64,000 nucleotides of DNA from Mustelus asterias. Its lineage: Eukaryota. This document shows positions 34,100 through 46,099 of the stretch, piece after piece (position 1 is the stretch's first letter; every line of letters begins with the position of its first letter). Where the stretch lies: contig NC_135808.1 in NCBI RefSeq assembly GCF_964213995.1, positions 34,472,001-34,536,000 on the forward strand, read 5' to 3'. The notes beneath the pieces are model-generated. The model did not search any database. It was given only the letters and a program-made list of their open reading frames with translations, and was not told the origin of the DNA. The position numbers were made by a program, and so were the translations under genes.

Positions 34100-37000
34100 T
34101 TAGAGGATAATGTCCTTGGACATTGCTCGTACACGGACCCCCCCCCGGACGCGAGACAGAATGAGATTCGCCCACACTAGATGGTGGTCCGAGCATGGCA
34201 CCTGCTGCACAGAGGCTGATGGAATGCCGGAAGCGTACACCCTTGAAATGTAAAGGCGATCGAGTCTGGACGCTCCAGCTCCAAATCCCACATAAGTGAA
34301 GACTCTGGAGCTAGGATGGAGATGTCCCCAGACGTCCACCAAGTCAAGGGACCCGACCAGGTCTTGCAATCTCGCTATCGCCAGCATGGGACACTAGGGG
34401 CCAGTTCCGGGCCTCAAGGGTGCAGTTGACATCCCCCCCACCACCAGGGACAATGCACGAGCCCATGTTGATGGTGCCAAGATAAGTGCAAACTTTCTTG
34501 TCAAGAGTCGCTTGCTGCAGTCCAGCCAGTGGAGCGGAGACATTCACAAAGTGAAACACCACGCCCCCCCTCACAAACCGCCAAGTGCAGCAATCGGCCT
34601 GGCACAGGCTCCTTGACCCCTAAGATCTCCGGCTGAAAATGTGGGGCCAACAAGATCGCCACTTTGCTGGAATTATCCATGTTTTGTCTCCCGAGGCGGG
34701 GCAGGTTTCTTGCAGGAGGCACAATGCACACTTCCTGTCCCGGAGAACCGAGAAGCTCTGGAGCTTGTCTTGTGTCTCCCTGCCGCCATTGATGTTGAGT
34801 TTGGTTATGGATACTCTCGTGTCAGAAGCAAGGTGCACCCATCCACTCCCTCACGAGCCCAGAAAGGAATCCTTGCAACTGGTGCTGCTCATTCCGGTCC
34901 GAGTCCAGTGCCATCTTTGAATAGGCACGCACGGACTGTACCAGCAGTGCCAGATCCAACCAGCAGTCAAGGGCTATCTGGATACCATCCCAGTGACCAT
35001 GATGTTCTAGCAAAAGGTCCCAGAGTTCCCTGGGGAGATGAGGGGAGACTCGGTGGGCGGGGGGGGGGAGGGGGGGGGGCTCGAGGGAGTCATGAGCCAT
35101 TTCTGCCAATGGACTCCAAATCGTCTCCCGTGCCCACCACCAAGCAGCCATCTTCCTCTGGGTGGTTGCCGTGCAGATCCGAGTACCCCGCTGCAGTGAG
35201 TACAGCAGGTGGCACGGAGACGCCAACTAGCCCCACCTTGGTTTCACCCCCCAGGATCGATGGAGGAGGGGTCCTCTGTGGGATCCTCCCGGATCTCTGG
35301 ATCAGAGGGTGGCGGCGGCTCAGACCCCCACTCCACCCAGACACCAGGACACCTGGGAACCTGGAGAAAACTCCGGTTCCGGGGTGGGGGGGGCCCAGTG
35401 CTAGGGGCTATGGTGGGGGGGGGGCAGTGCTAGGGGCTAGGGTGGGGGGGGCCCAGTGCTAGGGGCTAGGGTGGGGGGGGGCAGTGCTAGGGGCTAGGGT
35501 GGGGGGGGCCCAGTGCTAGGGGCTAGGGTGGGGGGGGGGCAGTGCTAGGGGCTAGGGTGGGGGGGCCCAGTGCTAGGGGCTATGGTGGGGGGGCCCAGTG
35601 CTAGGGGCTACGGTGGGGGGGCCCAGTGCTAGGGGCTATGGTGGGGGGGGCCCAGTGCTAGGGGCTATGGTGGGGGGGGCCCAGTGCTAGGGGCTATGGT
35701 GGGGGGGGCCCAGTGCTAGGGGCTATGGTGGGGGGGGGCCCAGTGCTAGGGGCTACGGTGGGGGGGGCCCAGTGCTAGGGGCTATGGTGGGGGGGGCCCA
35801 GTGCTAGGGGCTATGGTGGGGGGGGCCCAGTGCTAGGGGCTAGGGTGGGGGGGGCCCAGTGCTAGGGGCTATGGTGGGGGGGCCCAGTGCTAGGGGCTAG
35901 GGTGGGGGGGGGCCCAGTGCTAGAGGCTATGGTGGGGGGGGCCCAGTGCTAGGGGCTACAGTGGGGGGGCCCAGTGCTAGGGGCTAGGGTGGGGGGGGGC
36001 AGTGCTAGGGGCTAGGGTGGGGGGGGGGGCAGTGCTAGGGGCTAGGGTGGGGGGGGCAGTGCTAGGGGCTAGGGTGGGGGGGGGCAGTGCTCGGGGCTAG
36101 GGTGGGGGGGCCCAGTGCTAGAGGCTAGGGTGGGGGGGGCCCAGTGCTAGGGGCTAGGACAGAGATGGGGGGCCCTCCTCAGCACCCCCACCCAGAGATC
36201 CAAACAACGGGGTGCCGCCGCCGCAGCTGCACACGTTATAAATCTGAAAGCCTCTGGGGTGCAAAATTGCACCGGGCGGATTGCGGTCTCGCAGGTCCCG
36301 CTCGCACCCGGCCCCAGGACGGCCCGCTTGGAGGACTGCGTGTTTCATTTGCCCCCACTCTGGGAACAGGTTGGAGCATGGCAGGGCATGAAGTTGGGGG
36401 TGGGGGGAGGAGGGTGGGGGGGGGGTGGGGGGGGGGAGGAGGTGGGGGGGTGGGGGGGGGAGGAGGTGGGGGGGTGGGGGGGGGTGGGGGAATGGTGGCC
36501 TCTTCATCAGGGAGGTGGAGATGTTAACTCCAGAGCGGACCTCCCCAGAAGATCGAGGTGTGGGGGAGGAGCCCTATGGGAACAAAGAACAGAACATGCG
36601 ATCGTATTAGTCTCTGGACGTGGCCTCCAGAGGGTCCATCACCAGGAAGGTCCTGCCCACCATGAGCCCCTTTTCCAGAGTGAGGTGGGCCGCCCACTCA
36701 GTCTTCAGGAAGTAAATGGTCTTCCCGTACATTTGAAGCCGCTACAATGGCCGAGGGGCCGACAACCCTGGGCATTGCCTGGACGCAAGCCTCGATGGTC
36801 ATATGGGGGTGAGTGCAGCACTTCACCCCGAGTTTCTTGGCTATTAATTTAAATGGTGACGGGAGCAGCGGGGGCTCAGGAAGATGCCACTCCCACGTAA
36901 ATAGCCCTGGAAGACCCCGCCGCCAGCAATGGTGGTGTCGCCACCATCAGGGTAGTGCTACCCCCACTTCAGGCGGTTGTTTGGCATGATGTAATCAGTG
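34100..37000 (-). mobile_element. Tx1/L1-clade LINE 5' part (ORF1 and APE endonuclease), decayed
   Basis: ITKLNING…CLLQET, GGDVNCTL, LVDVW…FTY…SRLDRLY…CSDHHLV; ORF1-like VVGPSAIVAAS…LEKGLMVG near 36650-36800. Confidence 0.8.
35385..36157. repeat. G-rich ~29-30-bp minisatellite (~26 copies)
   Basis: Unit cccagtgctaggggcta(t/g)ggtggggggg. Confidence 0.95.
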
Positions 37001-37174
37001 GTTGGGGGAGGGGAGAGGGGGATTGAGTTGGAAAGATAACCCCCCCTCCCCCTCCCTTAGAAATGGAGATAGCTGGGAGAAAGGAGCGGGCAGGGGAAGC
37101 GAGGGAGGAACATAATGATAAGGAGTAAGGAGAGGGGCACCGAGGTGTAAGTGCCCCAGGGTCGGGTGGTGAGT

Positions 37175-40100
37175 CCCAGCAACACACACTCCCCATACCC
37201 CCCACAGACCCCCAGCAACACACACTCCCCATACCCCCCACAGACCCCCAGCAACACACACTCCCCATACCCCCCACAGACCCCCAGCAACACACACTCC
37301 CAATACCCCCCACAGACCTCCAGCAACACACACTCCCCATACCCCCCACAGACCCCCAGCAACACACACTCCCCATACCCTCCCCCACAGACCCCCAGCA
37401 ACACACACTCCCCATAACCCCCCACATAGACCCCTAGCAACACACATACCCACACCCCCCCAACTGACCCCTCAGCAACACACACTCCACAAACACCCAC
37501 CCCACAGCCTTCCACCAACAGACACTCCCTTAACCCCCACACAGACCCCCCGTAACACACACACCCCATAACCCCCACACACCACCCCCACCAACACACA
37601 CTCCCATACCCCCCCCACACCGACCCTCAGCAACACACAATCCCCATAGCCCCCACAGACCCCCAAGCAGCATACAGTCCCCAAACGCAACCCAACAAAC
37701 CCCCAGCAACACACAGACCCCATACCGCCACCCCCACACACACCCAGCAACACACACACCCCATGCCCCCCCACAGACCCCCAGCAACACACACTCCCTA
37801 TACCCCCCACAGACCCCCAGCAACACACACTCCCTATACCCCCCACAGACCCCCAGCAACACACACTCCCTATACCCCCCACAGACCCCCAGCAACACAC
37901 AGACCCCATACCGCCACCCCCACACACACCCAGCAACACACACACCCCATGCCCCCCCACAGACCCCCAGCAACACACACTCCCTATACCCCCCACAGAC
38001 CCTCAGCAACACACGCTCGCCAAACTACCCCGCCCACACCCCCAGCAACACACACTCCACATACCCCCTCACACAGATCCACAGCAACACACACACCCCA
38101 TACTACCCCACACACACCCAGCAACACACACTGCCCACATCCTCCCCACATCCCGCAGCGACAGACACTCCCATATGCTCCCACACAGACCCCAGCAACA
38201 CACACTGCCCACATCCTCCCCACATCCCGCAGCGACAGACACTCCCATACGCTCCCACACAGACCCCAGCAACACACACTGCCCACATCCTCCCCACATC
38301 CCGCAGCGACAGACACTCCCATACGCTCCCACACAGACCCCAGCAACACACACTCACCATGCCACCCAACACACCTCCAGCAACACAGACTCCCCACACC
38401 CTCCCCACAGTCCCCAGCAGACACACTCCCTATACCCCCGACAGGCCCCCCAGCAACACATACTCTCCATACCCCCCCCCCCACACACACTCCCAGCAAC
38501 ACACACTCCCCGTACCCCCCCCCCCCACACACACTCCCAGCAACACACACTCCCCGTACCCTCCCCCACAGACCCCCCCAGCACACTCCCCATATGCCAC
38601 CCCTCCCCCCACACAGACCCCTCAGCAACACACACTCCCCAAACCACCCCGGCCACATCCCCCCACAACACACACTCCCGATACCCCCCACAAAGACCCC
38701 CAGCACTGCACACTTCCCATACCCTCCCCCACACACCCCCAGCAACACACACTCCCCATACCACCCCAATGGACCCCCCAGCAAAACACACTCCCCATGC
38801 CACCCAACACACCCCCAGCAACACACACTCCCCATAGCCCCCCACACACCCCAGCAACACACACTCCCCATAGCCCCCCACATACCCCAGCAACACACAC
38901 TCCCCATAGCCCCCTTTGCAGATCCACAGCAACACACACTCCCCATACCCACCACACAGACCTCCAGCAACACACACTCCCCACACCCCCAACACAGACA
39001 CACATACCCTCCCCCACACAGAGCCCCCACAGCAACACACACTCCCCATACTCCCCCACAGACCCCCCAGCAACACACACTCCCCATACTCCCCCACAGA
39101 CCCCCCAGCAACACACACTCCCTACACCCCCCCACACAGACACCCAGCGACACACACTCCCCAACAGACCCCCAGCAACACACACTCCCCAAACACACCC
39201 CAACAGACCCCCAGCAACACACACTCCCCATACCCCCTTCCCCACACAGACCCCCAGCAACACACACTCCCCATACCCCCTTCCCCACACAGACGCCAGC
39301 AACACACACACCCCATACCCCCCCCAACACAGACCCAGCAACACACACACCCTATACCCCACCCACGCACCCCAAGCAACACAACTCCCATATCCCCCCC
39401 CACACAAACCCCCAGCAACACACACTCCCCATACCCCTCCCCCAACAGATCCCACAGCAAAACACACTTCCGCATACCTCCCCCACACACCCCAAGCAAC
39501 ACAACTCCCCATACCCCCTCACATAAACCCCCAGCAACACACACTCATCACATCGCCCCCCACACAGACATCCAGCAACACACACTCCCCATACCCCCTC
39601 AATGGACCCTCCAGCAAAACACACCCCCCATGCCACCCAACACACCCCCAGCAACACACACTCCCCATAACCCCCCACACAGACACCCAGCAACACACAT
39701 TCCCCATACCGTGCTCCCCCCAACAGCCTCCCAGCAACATGGACCCCCCATACCCCACAAGAGACGCCCAGCAAAACACACTCCCCATATCTCCCCACAG
39801 ACCCCCCAGCAACTCACATTCCTCATACCCGCCCACACACCCCCAGCAACACACACTACCCATATGTTAGGGAACTTGTGTGTTGCAGGGGGTCTGTGTT
39901 GGGGGGTATGGGGAGTGTGTGTTGCTGGGGGTTTGTGTGGGGGGGGCTATGGGGATGTTAGGGAACTTGGGGAAATAAATAGTGATGTTTTGAGGAGTGT
40001 ACATCTTACAGAGAAGGAAGTGCTGGAAGTCTTAAAGCGCATCAAGGTAGATAAATCCACGGGACCTGATGAAGTGTATCCCAGGACATTGTGGGAGGCT

Positions 40101-42650
40101 AGGGAGGAAAATGCGGGTCCCCTAGCCGAGATATTTGAATCATCGATAGTCACGAGTGAGGTGCCTGAAGATTGGAGAGTGGCAAATCTTGTGCCTTTGT
40201 TTAAAAAGGGCTGCAGGGAAAAGCCTGGGAACTACAGGCCAGTGAGCCTCACATCTGTGGTGGGTAAGTTGTTGGAAGGTATTTTGAGAGATAGGATCTA
40301 CAGGCATTTAGAGACGCAAGGACTGATTAGGGACAGTCAGCATAGCTTTGTGAGTGGAAAATCATGTTTCACAAATCTGATTAAGTTTTTTGAAGGGGTA
40401 AACAAGAAGTTAGATGAGGGCAGTGCAGTTGATGTTGTGTATATGGACTTTAGCAAGGCCTTTGACAAGGTACCGCATGGTAGGTTGTTGCATAAGGTTA
40501 AATCTCATGGGATCCAGGGTGAGGTAACCAATTGGATACAAAATTGGCTTCTTGACAGAAGCCAGAGGGTGGTTGTAGAGGGTTATTTTTCAAACTGGAG
40601 GCCTGTAACCAGCGGTGTGTCTCAGGGATCAGTGCTGGGTCCACTGTTATTTGTCATTTATATTAATGACTTGGATGAGAATATAGGAGGCATGGCTAGT
40701 AAGTTTGCAGATGACACTAAGATTGGTGGCACAGTGGACAGTGAAGAAAGTTATTTCCAATTGCAACGGGATCTTGATCAATTGGGCCAGTGGGCTGACA
40801 AATGGCAGATGGAGTTTAATTTAGACAAATGTGAGGTGATGCATTTTGGGAGATTGAACCAGGGCAGGACTTACTCAGTTAATGAGAGGGCATTGGGGAG
40901 AGTTACAGAACAAAGAGATCTTGGGGTACATGTTCATAGCTCCTTGAAAGTGGAGTCACAGGTGGACAGAGTGGTGAAGAAGGCATTCAGCATGCTTGGT
41001 TTCATTGGTCAGAACATTGAATACAGGAGTTGGAATGTCTTGTTGAAGTTGTACAAGACATTAGTAAGGCCACACTTGGAATACTGTGTGCAATTCTGGT
41101 CACCCTATTATAGAAAGGATATTATTAAACTAGAAAAAGTGCAGAAAAGATTTACGAGGATGCTACCGGGACTTGATGGATTGCATTATAAGGAGAGGCT
41201 GGACAGATTGGGACTTATAGAGATCTATAAAATAATGAGTGGCACAGATCAGCTAGATAGTCAATATTTTTTCCCAAAGGTAGGGGAGTCTAAATCTAGA
41301 GGGCATAGGTTAAAGCTGAGAGGGGAGAGATACAAAAGTGTCCAGAGGGGCAATTTTCTCACACAGAGGGTGGTGAGTGTCTGGAACAAGCTGCCAGAGG
41401 TAGTAGTAGAGGCGGGTACAATTTTGTCTTTCAAAAAGGATTGAGACAGTTACATGGGTACGATGGGTATAGAGGGATATGGGCTAAATAGAGGCAATTG
41501 GGATGAGTTTAGGGGTTTTAAAAAAAAGGGCAGCATGGACAAGTTGGGCTGAAGGGCCTGTTTCCATGCTGTAAACCTCTATGACTCTATGATTCTATAT
41601 CCCCCCCACACACCCCCAGCAACACACGCTCTCCATACACCCCTCAACAGGCCCCCAGCAACACACGCTCTCCATACACCCCTCAACAGGCTCCCAGCAA
41701 CACAAACTCCCCACAACCCCCCAACAGATCCCCAGCAACACACACACACCCCATAGCCCCCCCAACAGACCCCCAACAACACACACTCCCCATGCACCCC
41801 CCAACACCACACAATCCCCATACCCCCCACACAGATCCCCAGCAACACACACTCCCCATACCCCCCCACAGACCCCCCTCTGCAACACATACTCCCCATA
41901 CCCCCCCACAGACCCCCAGCAGCACACACACCCCATAGCCCCCCCAACAGACCCCCCAACGACACACACTCCCCATGCAGCCCCCAACACACCACCAGCA
42001 ACACACAATCACCATACACCCCACACAGACCCCCAGAAACACACACTCCCCATACCCACCCAAACAGATCCCCAGCAACACACACTCCCCATACCCTCCC
42101 CCCCCACAGACCCCCCTCTGCAATACATACTCCCCATATCCCCCCCGCAGACCCCCAGCAGCACACACCCCCCATGCCCACCCACACAGACCCCCAGCAA
42201 CACACACTCCCCATACACCCCCACACAGACCCCCAGCAGCACACACCCCCCATGCCCACCCACACAGACCCCTAGCAACCACACATTCCCCATACCCACC
42301 CACACAGACCCCCAGAAACACGCACTCCCCATACCCTCACCAACAGACCCCCAGCAACACACTCCCCCATAACCCCCCTACACACCCCAAGCAACACAAC
42401 TCCCCATACACCCCCCACATACCCCCCCCCACAGAACCCCAGCAACAAACACTCCCCATACCCCTTGACACAGACCCCCAGCAACACACACTCCCCACAC
42501 CCCCCCAACAACACACACTCCTCATACCCTCCCACATCCCCCAACAACACACACTCCCTATACCTCCCCACACCCCACCAGCAACGCACACTCCTCATAC
42601 TCTGCCAAACAGACTCCCGGCAACACACACACCCCATAGACCCCCACAGC
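37175..42650. repeat. C/A-rich ~36-bp degenerate satellite (37175-39863 and 41598-42650), split by CR1
   Basis: Unit cagcaacacacactccccataccccccacagacccc. Confidence 0.95.
39955..41597 (+). mobile_element. CR1 5'-truncated copy, RT frame open to 41444
   Basis: KSTGPD, DFSKAFDKVPH, FADD and RPHLEYC; in-frame deletion of the FSLERRRLRGD segment; ctctatga-type tail. Confidence 0.93.
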
Positions 42651-43536
42651 CCCCCAGAATGGCAACGCAGGCACTCCTATTCCACCCCTCACACACACCC
42701 AGAGCCCGTGCAGTAGTGGCCCAGACAGCGCTGCTTGACAAGTGCTGAGGCTGCAGTGCTGCCAGTTCTGAGAGTTTCCAGCCCATCCCCCACCTGCAAC
42801 AGTGCTTGCTGCTGCCTGCACTAGGACCCAGAGTCAGCGCCAAGCCCCAAGGTTGGCACTCAGACCCGTGTCCGTGCCGAGAGGCCAAAGTCAGACCCAA
42901 TGAGCAACAAAAGCTCCCCATCCTCCTCACACACGCAGACCCCCACAACCTGAAATGCAACATGGCTGCCATGAAACAGTCCCCCCTTCCTTGAGCAGCA
43001 CGGAGCCATTTGAAAGCAGAGACCGACCTCCTTGCTCACTCTCTCTGCTTCAGCATCTGAATCCGACTTTTACACTTGGTGTTTTCTGGTTGCAGGTACA
43101 GCGAGTGAGGTTGTTAAGGAGGCGAGCTGGGCTGATTGGGAGTGAAGCTCGCTGTGATTAATGCAAAAAAATGCAAAATGGTGTTTCACCCATTTTGGAC
43201 GGGGTCCCAATCGCACCGATATCTTTTGGTAAAATGGGAATGGGCGTGAAAATGGGTACCATTCCCGCTAGTTCCAGCGCTTCCAATTTTATGACTTTTT
43301 TCCACCGCAAAATGGGTGCAATGATGTTGTAAAATTCTGTTCATCATGTTTAACAGAGGGCAATAACAGGGGCGCTCAGTCCAAAATGTAGATTGGGCAA
43401 TAAATCAGTGTCACAGACTGACTGGTATCATGACCTATCCACTCTGCACACCCGTCCTCCATAATATGGCAATTGATGTGGGCTATACTATAAATACTCC
43501 AGAACAACTCTCCTGCCCCCTGCCACCTTTACCCCA

Positions 43537-44965
43537 GTAAGAAGTCTCACAACATCAGGTTAAAGTCCAACAGGTTTATTTGGTAGCACAAGCCACTAGC
43601 TTTTGGAGCGCTGCCCCTTCGTCAGGTAAGTGGGAGTTCTGTTCACAAACAGGGCATTTAAAGACACAAATTCAATTTACAAAATAATGGTTGGAATCCG
43701 AGTCTTTACAGGTAATGTGAGTGGAGAGAGGGTTAAGCACAGGTTAAAGAGATGTGTATTGTCTCCAGCCAGAACAGTTAGTGAGATTTTGCAAGCCCAG
43801 GCAAGTCGTGGGGGTTACAGATAGTGTGACATGAACCCAAGATCCTGGTTGAGGCCGTCCACATGTGTGCAGAACTTGGCTATCAGTCTCTGCTCAGTGA
43901 CTCTGCATTGTCGTGTGTCGTGAAGGCCGCCTTGGAGAACGCTTATCCGAAGATCAAGAACAACAAAGAACAATACAGCACAGGAACAGGCCCTTCGGCC
44001 CTCCAAGCCCGCGCCGCTCCCTGGTCCAAACTAGACCATTCTTTTGTATCCCTCCATTCCCACTCCGTTCATATGGCTGTCTAGATAAGTCTTAAACGTT
44101 CCCAGTGTGTCCGCCTCCACCACCTTGCCTGGCAGCGCATTCCAGGCCCCCACCACCCTCTGTGTAAAATATGTCCTTCTGATATCTGTGTTAAACCTCC
44201 CCCCCTTCACCTTGAACCTATGACCCCTCGTGAACGTCACCACCGACCTGGGGAAAAGCTTCCCACCGTTCACCCTATCTATGCCTTTCATAATTTTATA
44301 CACCTCTATTAAGTCTCCCCTCATCCTCCGTCTTTCCAGGGAGAACAACCCCAGTTTACCCAATCTCTCCTCATAACTAAGCCCCTCCATACCAGGTAAC
44401 ATCCTGGTAAACCTCCTCTGTACTCTCTCCAAAGCCTCCACGTCCTTCTGGTAGTGTGGCGACCAGAACTGGACGCAGTATTCCAGATGCGGCCGAACCA
44501 ACGTTCTATACATCTGCAACATCAGACCCCAACTTTTATACTCTATGCCCCGTCCTATAAAGGCAAGCATGCCATATGCCTTCTTCACCACCTTCTCCAC
44601 CTGTGACGTCACTTTCAAGGATCTGTGGACGAGTACAGGACAGAGGCCGAATGTCCGTGACCGCTGAAGTGTTCCCCAACAGGAAGAGAACACTCTTGCC
44701 TGGTGCTTAACCCTCTCTCCACTCACATTGTCTGTACCTTTAAGACTTGATTACCTGTAAAGACTCGCATTCCAACCATTATTCTGTAAATTGAGTTTGT
44801 GTCTTTATATGCCCTGTTTGTGAACAGAACTCCCACTTACCTGATGAAGGAGCAGCGCTCCAAAAGCTAGTGGCTTGTGCTACCAAATAAACCTGTTGGA
44901 CTTTAACTTGGTGTTGTGAGACTTCTTACTGTGTTTACCCCAGTCCAACGCCGGCATCTCCACAT
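43537..44965. mobile_element. Penelope-like element with inverted arms, interrupted by a CR1 fragment
   Basis: Minus arm 43537 to ~44700 and plus arm ~44704-44965; 13-bp TSD CACCTTTACCCCA (43524-43536, 44966-44978). Confidence 0.9.
43956..44630 (-). mobile_element. CR1 3' fragment
   Basis: HRSLKV…RPHLEYC…RRRMRGDL in ORF 44031-44726, with tail at the left end. Confidence 0.92.
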
Positions 44966-45259
44966 CACCTTTACCCCAACCAGATCCTGTATAACAAAGC
45001 CACCAGCACAATGGAGCTGAATTTTGCAGCCATTTCCCTCTCCAATTAAATTAACAGAAGGAAATGCGATGCGGTTGAAATAACTCCACGGAGGCGAGAG
45101 TCCCATCCACAAGCTTCTTTATCTACAAACTATAATATATATACAGAGCTAGCACTCCCGGTAGCTTCCTGCTATGGCAGGCTGAGAGACTGACACACCT
45201 GCTTTAAATAGGGAGCATGAGGCTCCCTGATTTAACCATCAGTTAGGACTCATCAGATA

Positions 45260-45397
45260 TCTCTTTTTGCGATAAAGAAAACCCGCACAGACACGGGCAG
45301 AACGTGCAAACTCCACTCAGAGATCGGGAATCGAACCTGGGAGCCTGGCCCTGTGAGACAGCAGTGCTAACCATTGTGCCACCGCAGCCACTCCCAA
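45260..45397 (-). mobile_element. 138-bp chimeric insert: V-SINE head plus Tx1-like AAAAAGAGA tail
   Basis: 16-bp TSD TAGGACTCATCAG(A/C)TA at 45244-45259 and 45398-45413. Confidence 0.8.
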
Positions 45398-45461
45398 TAG
45401 GACTCATCAGCTAGTTCATACCCAGCAAGCCAACCTCTTTAGCCTGGCTGAAGTCATCACA

Positions 45462-45474
45462 CTCCTCCCCCCCC
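45462..45474 (-). other. Polypurine tract of the Gypsy element
   Basis: Minus strand reads a G-run plus AGGAG immediately before the 3' LTR TG. Confidence 0.85.
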
Positions 45475-46099
45475 AAAGTCCGAGGAATCCCCTCGGTTTG
45501 CTTCCCTCAGGGGTCTTTTCCTCTGTTTGAGCGCCGGGTCAGGATCCTCCAACTCTGCCTCTGAAGTGTGTAATGGTTGGGCGCCTGTCTCTTCCGCAGT
45601 GAACACCGGAGGTCTGGTTCCTCGTCCACTTCAGGTGGTAGAGGAATCGCTGCAGCTTCATCCCTTGTGTCCATTTCGGACCCTGAGTCCCCATCAAGGG
45701 TGCAGGAGAGGCGGAACTGGCTTGTCGAGGGGGACTCTGCTCGCCCCTAGGGCTACAGGGTGGACTCGGCTCCGGAACGAGTGGAGAGCTTGAGGCCCGG
45801 ACCTGGTCCAGGTGTTTCCTTACCACTGCCTCGCCTACGCGTACTCGGTTGGATGCCGGTCCTGTCCTGTACTCAACTGTTCCGGTTACCCGGGCGGGTC
45901 CATTTGCATAACCTCTGACCCAAACTCTCTCAGCTGCTTCAAAGTGCCTCTCTCGGCGAATGTTGTTATGGCCCCTGCATTGGGCTTCCTGGTGTCTTTC
46001 CACCTTTCCTCCCAGGTTTGGCAACAACAGGCTCAGTCTGGTGTGGGCTGTCTGCCCATCAGTAACTCTGCTGGCACAGTTCCCGTGGTGGCGTGTGGA

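Larger units (their letters stand above)
33881..43342. mobile_element. Possible Harbinger-like shell enclosing Tx1, satellite and CR1 inserts
   Basis: Ends gggccgattttacc… and …gtaaaattctgttc resemble a TIR pair. Linkage of the two ends is unproven. Confidence 0.35.

Noticed and set aside
38916-41444. 842-aa ORF that looks like a Pro/His/Thr-rich domain fused to reverse transcriptase
   Set aside because: The N-terminal part is stop-free satellite that happens to be in frame with a 5'-truncated CR1. It is not a real fusion gene.
36969-42748. Many long Cys/Gly/Val- or Pro/His/Thr-rich ORFs (keratin-associated or mucin-like look)
   Set aside because: They are translations of the 36-bp satellite in multiple frames on both strands, with no splice or start context.
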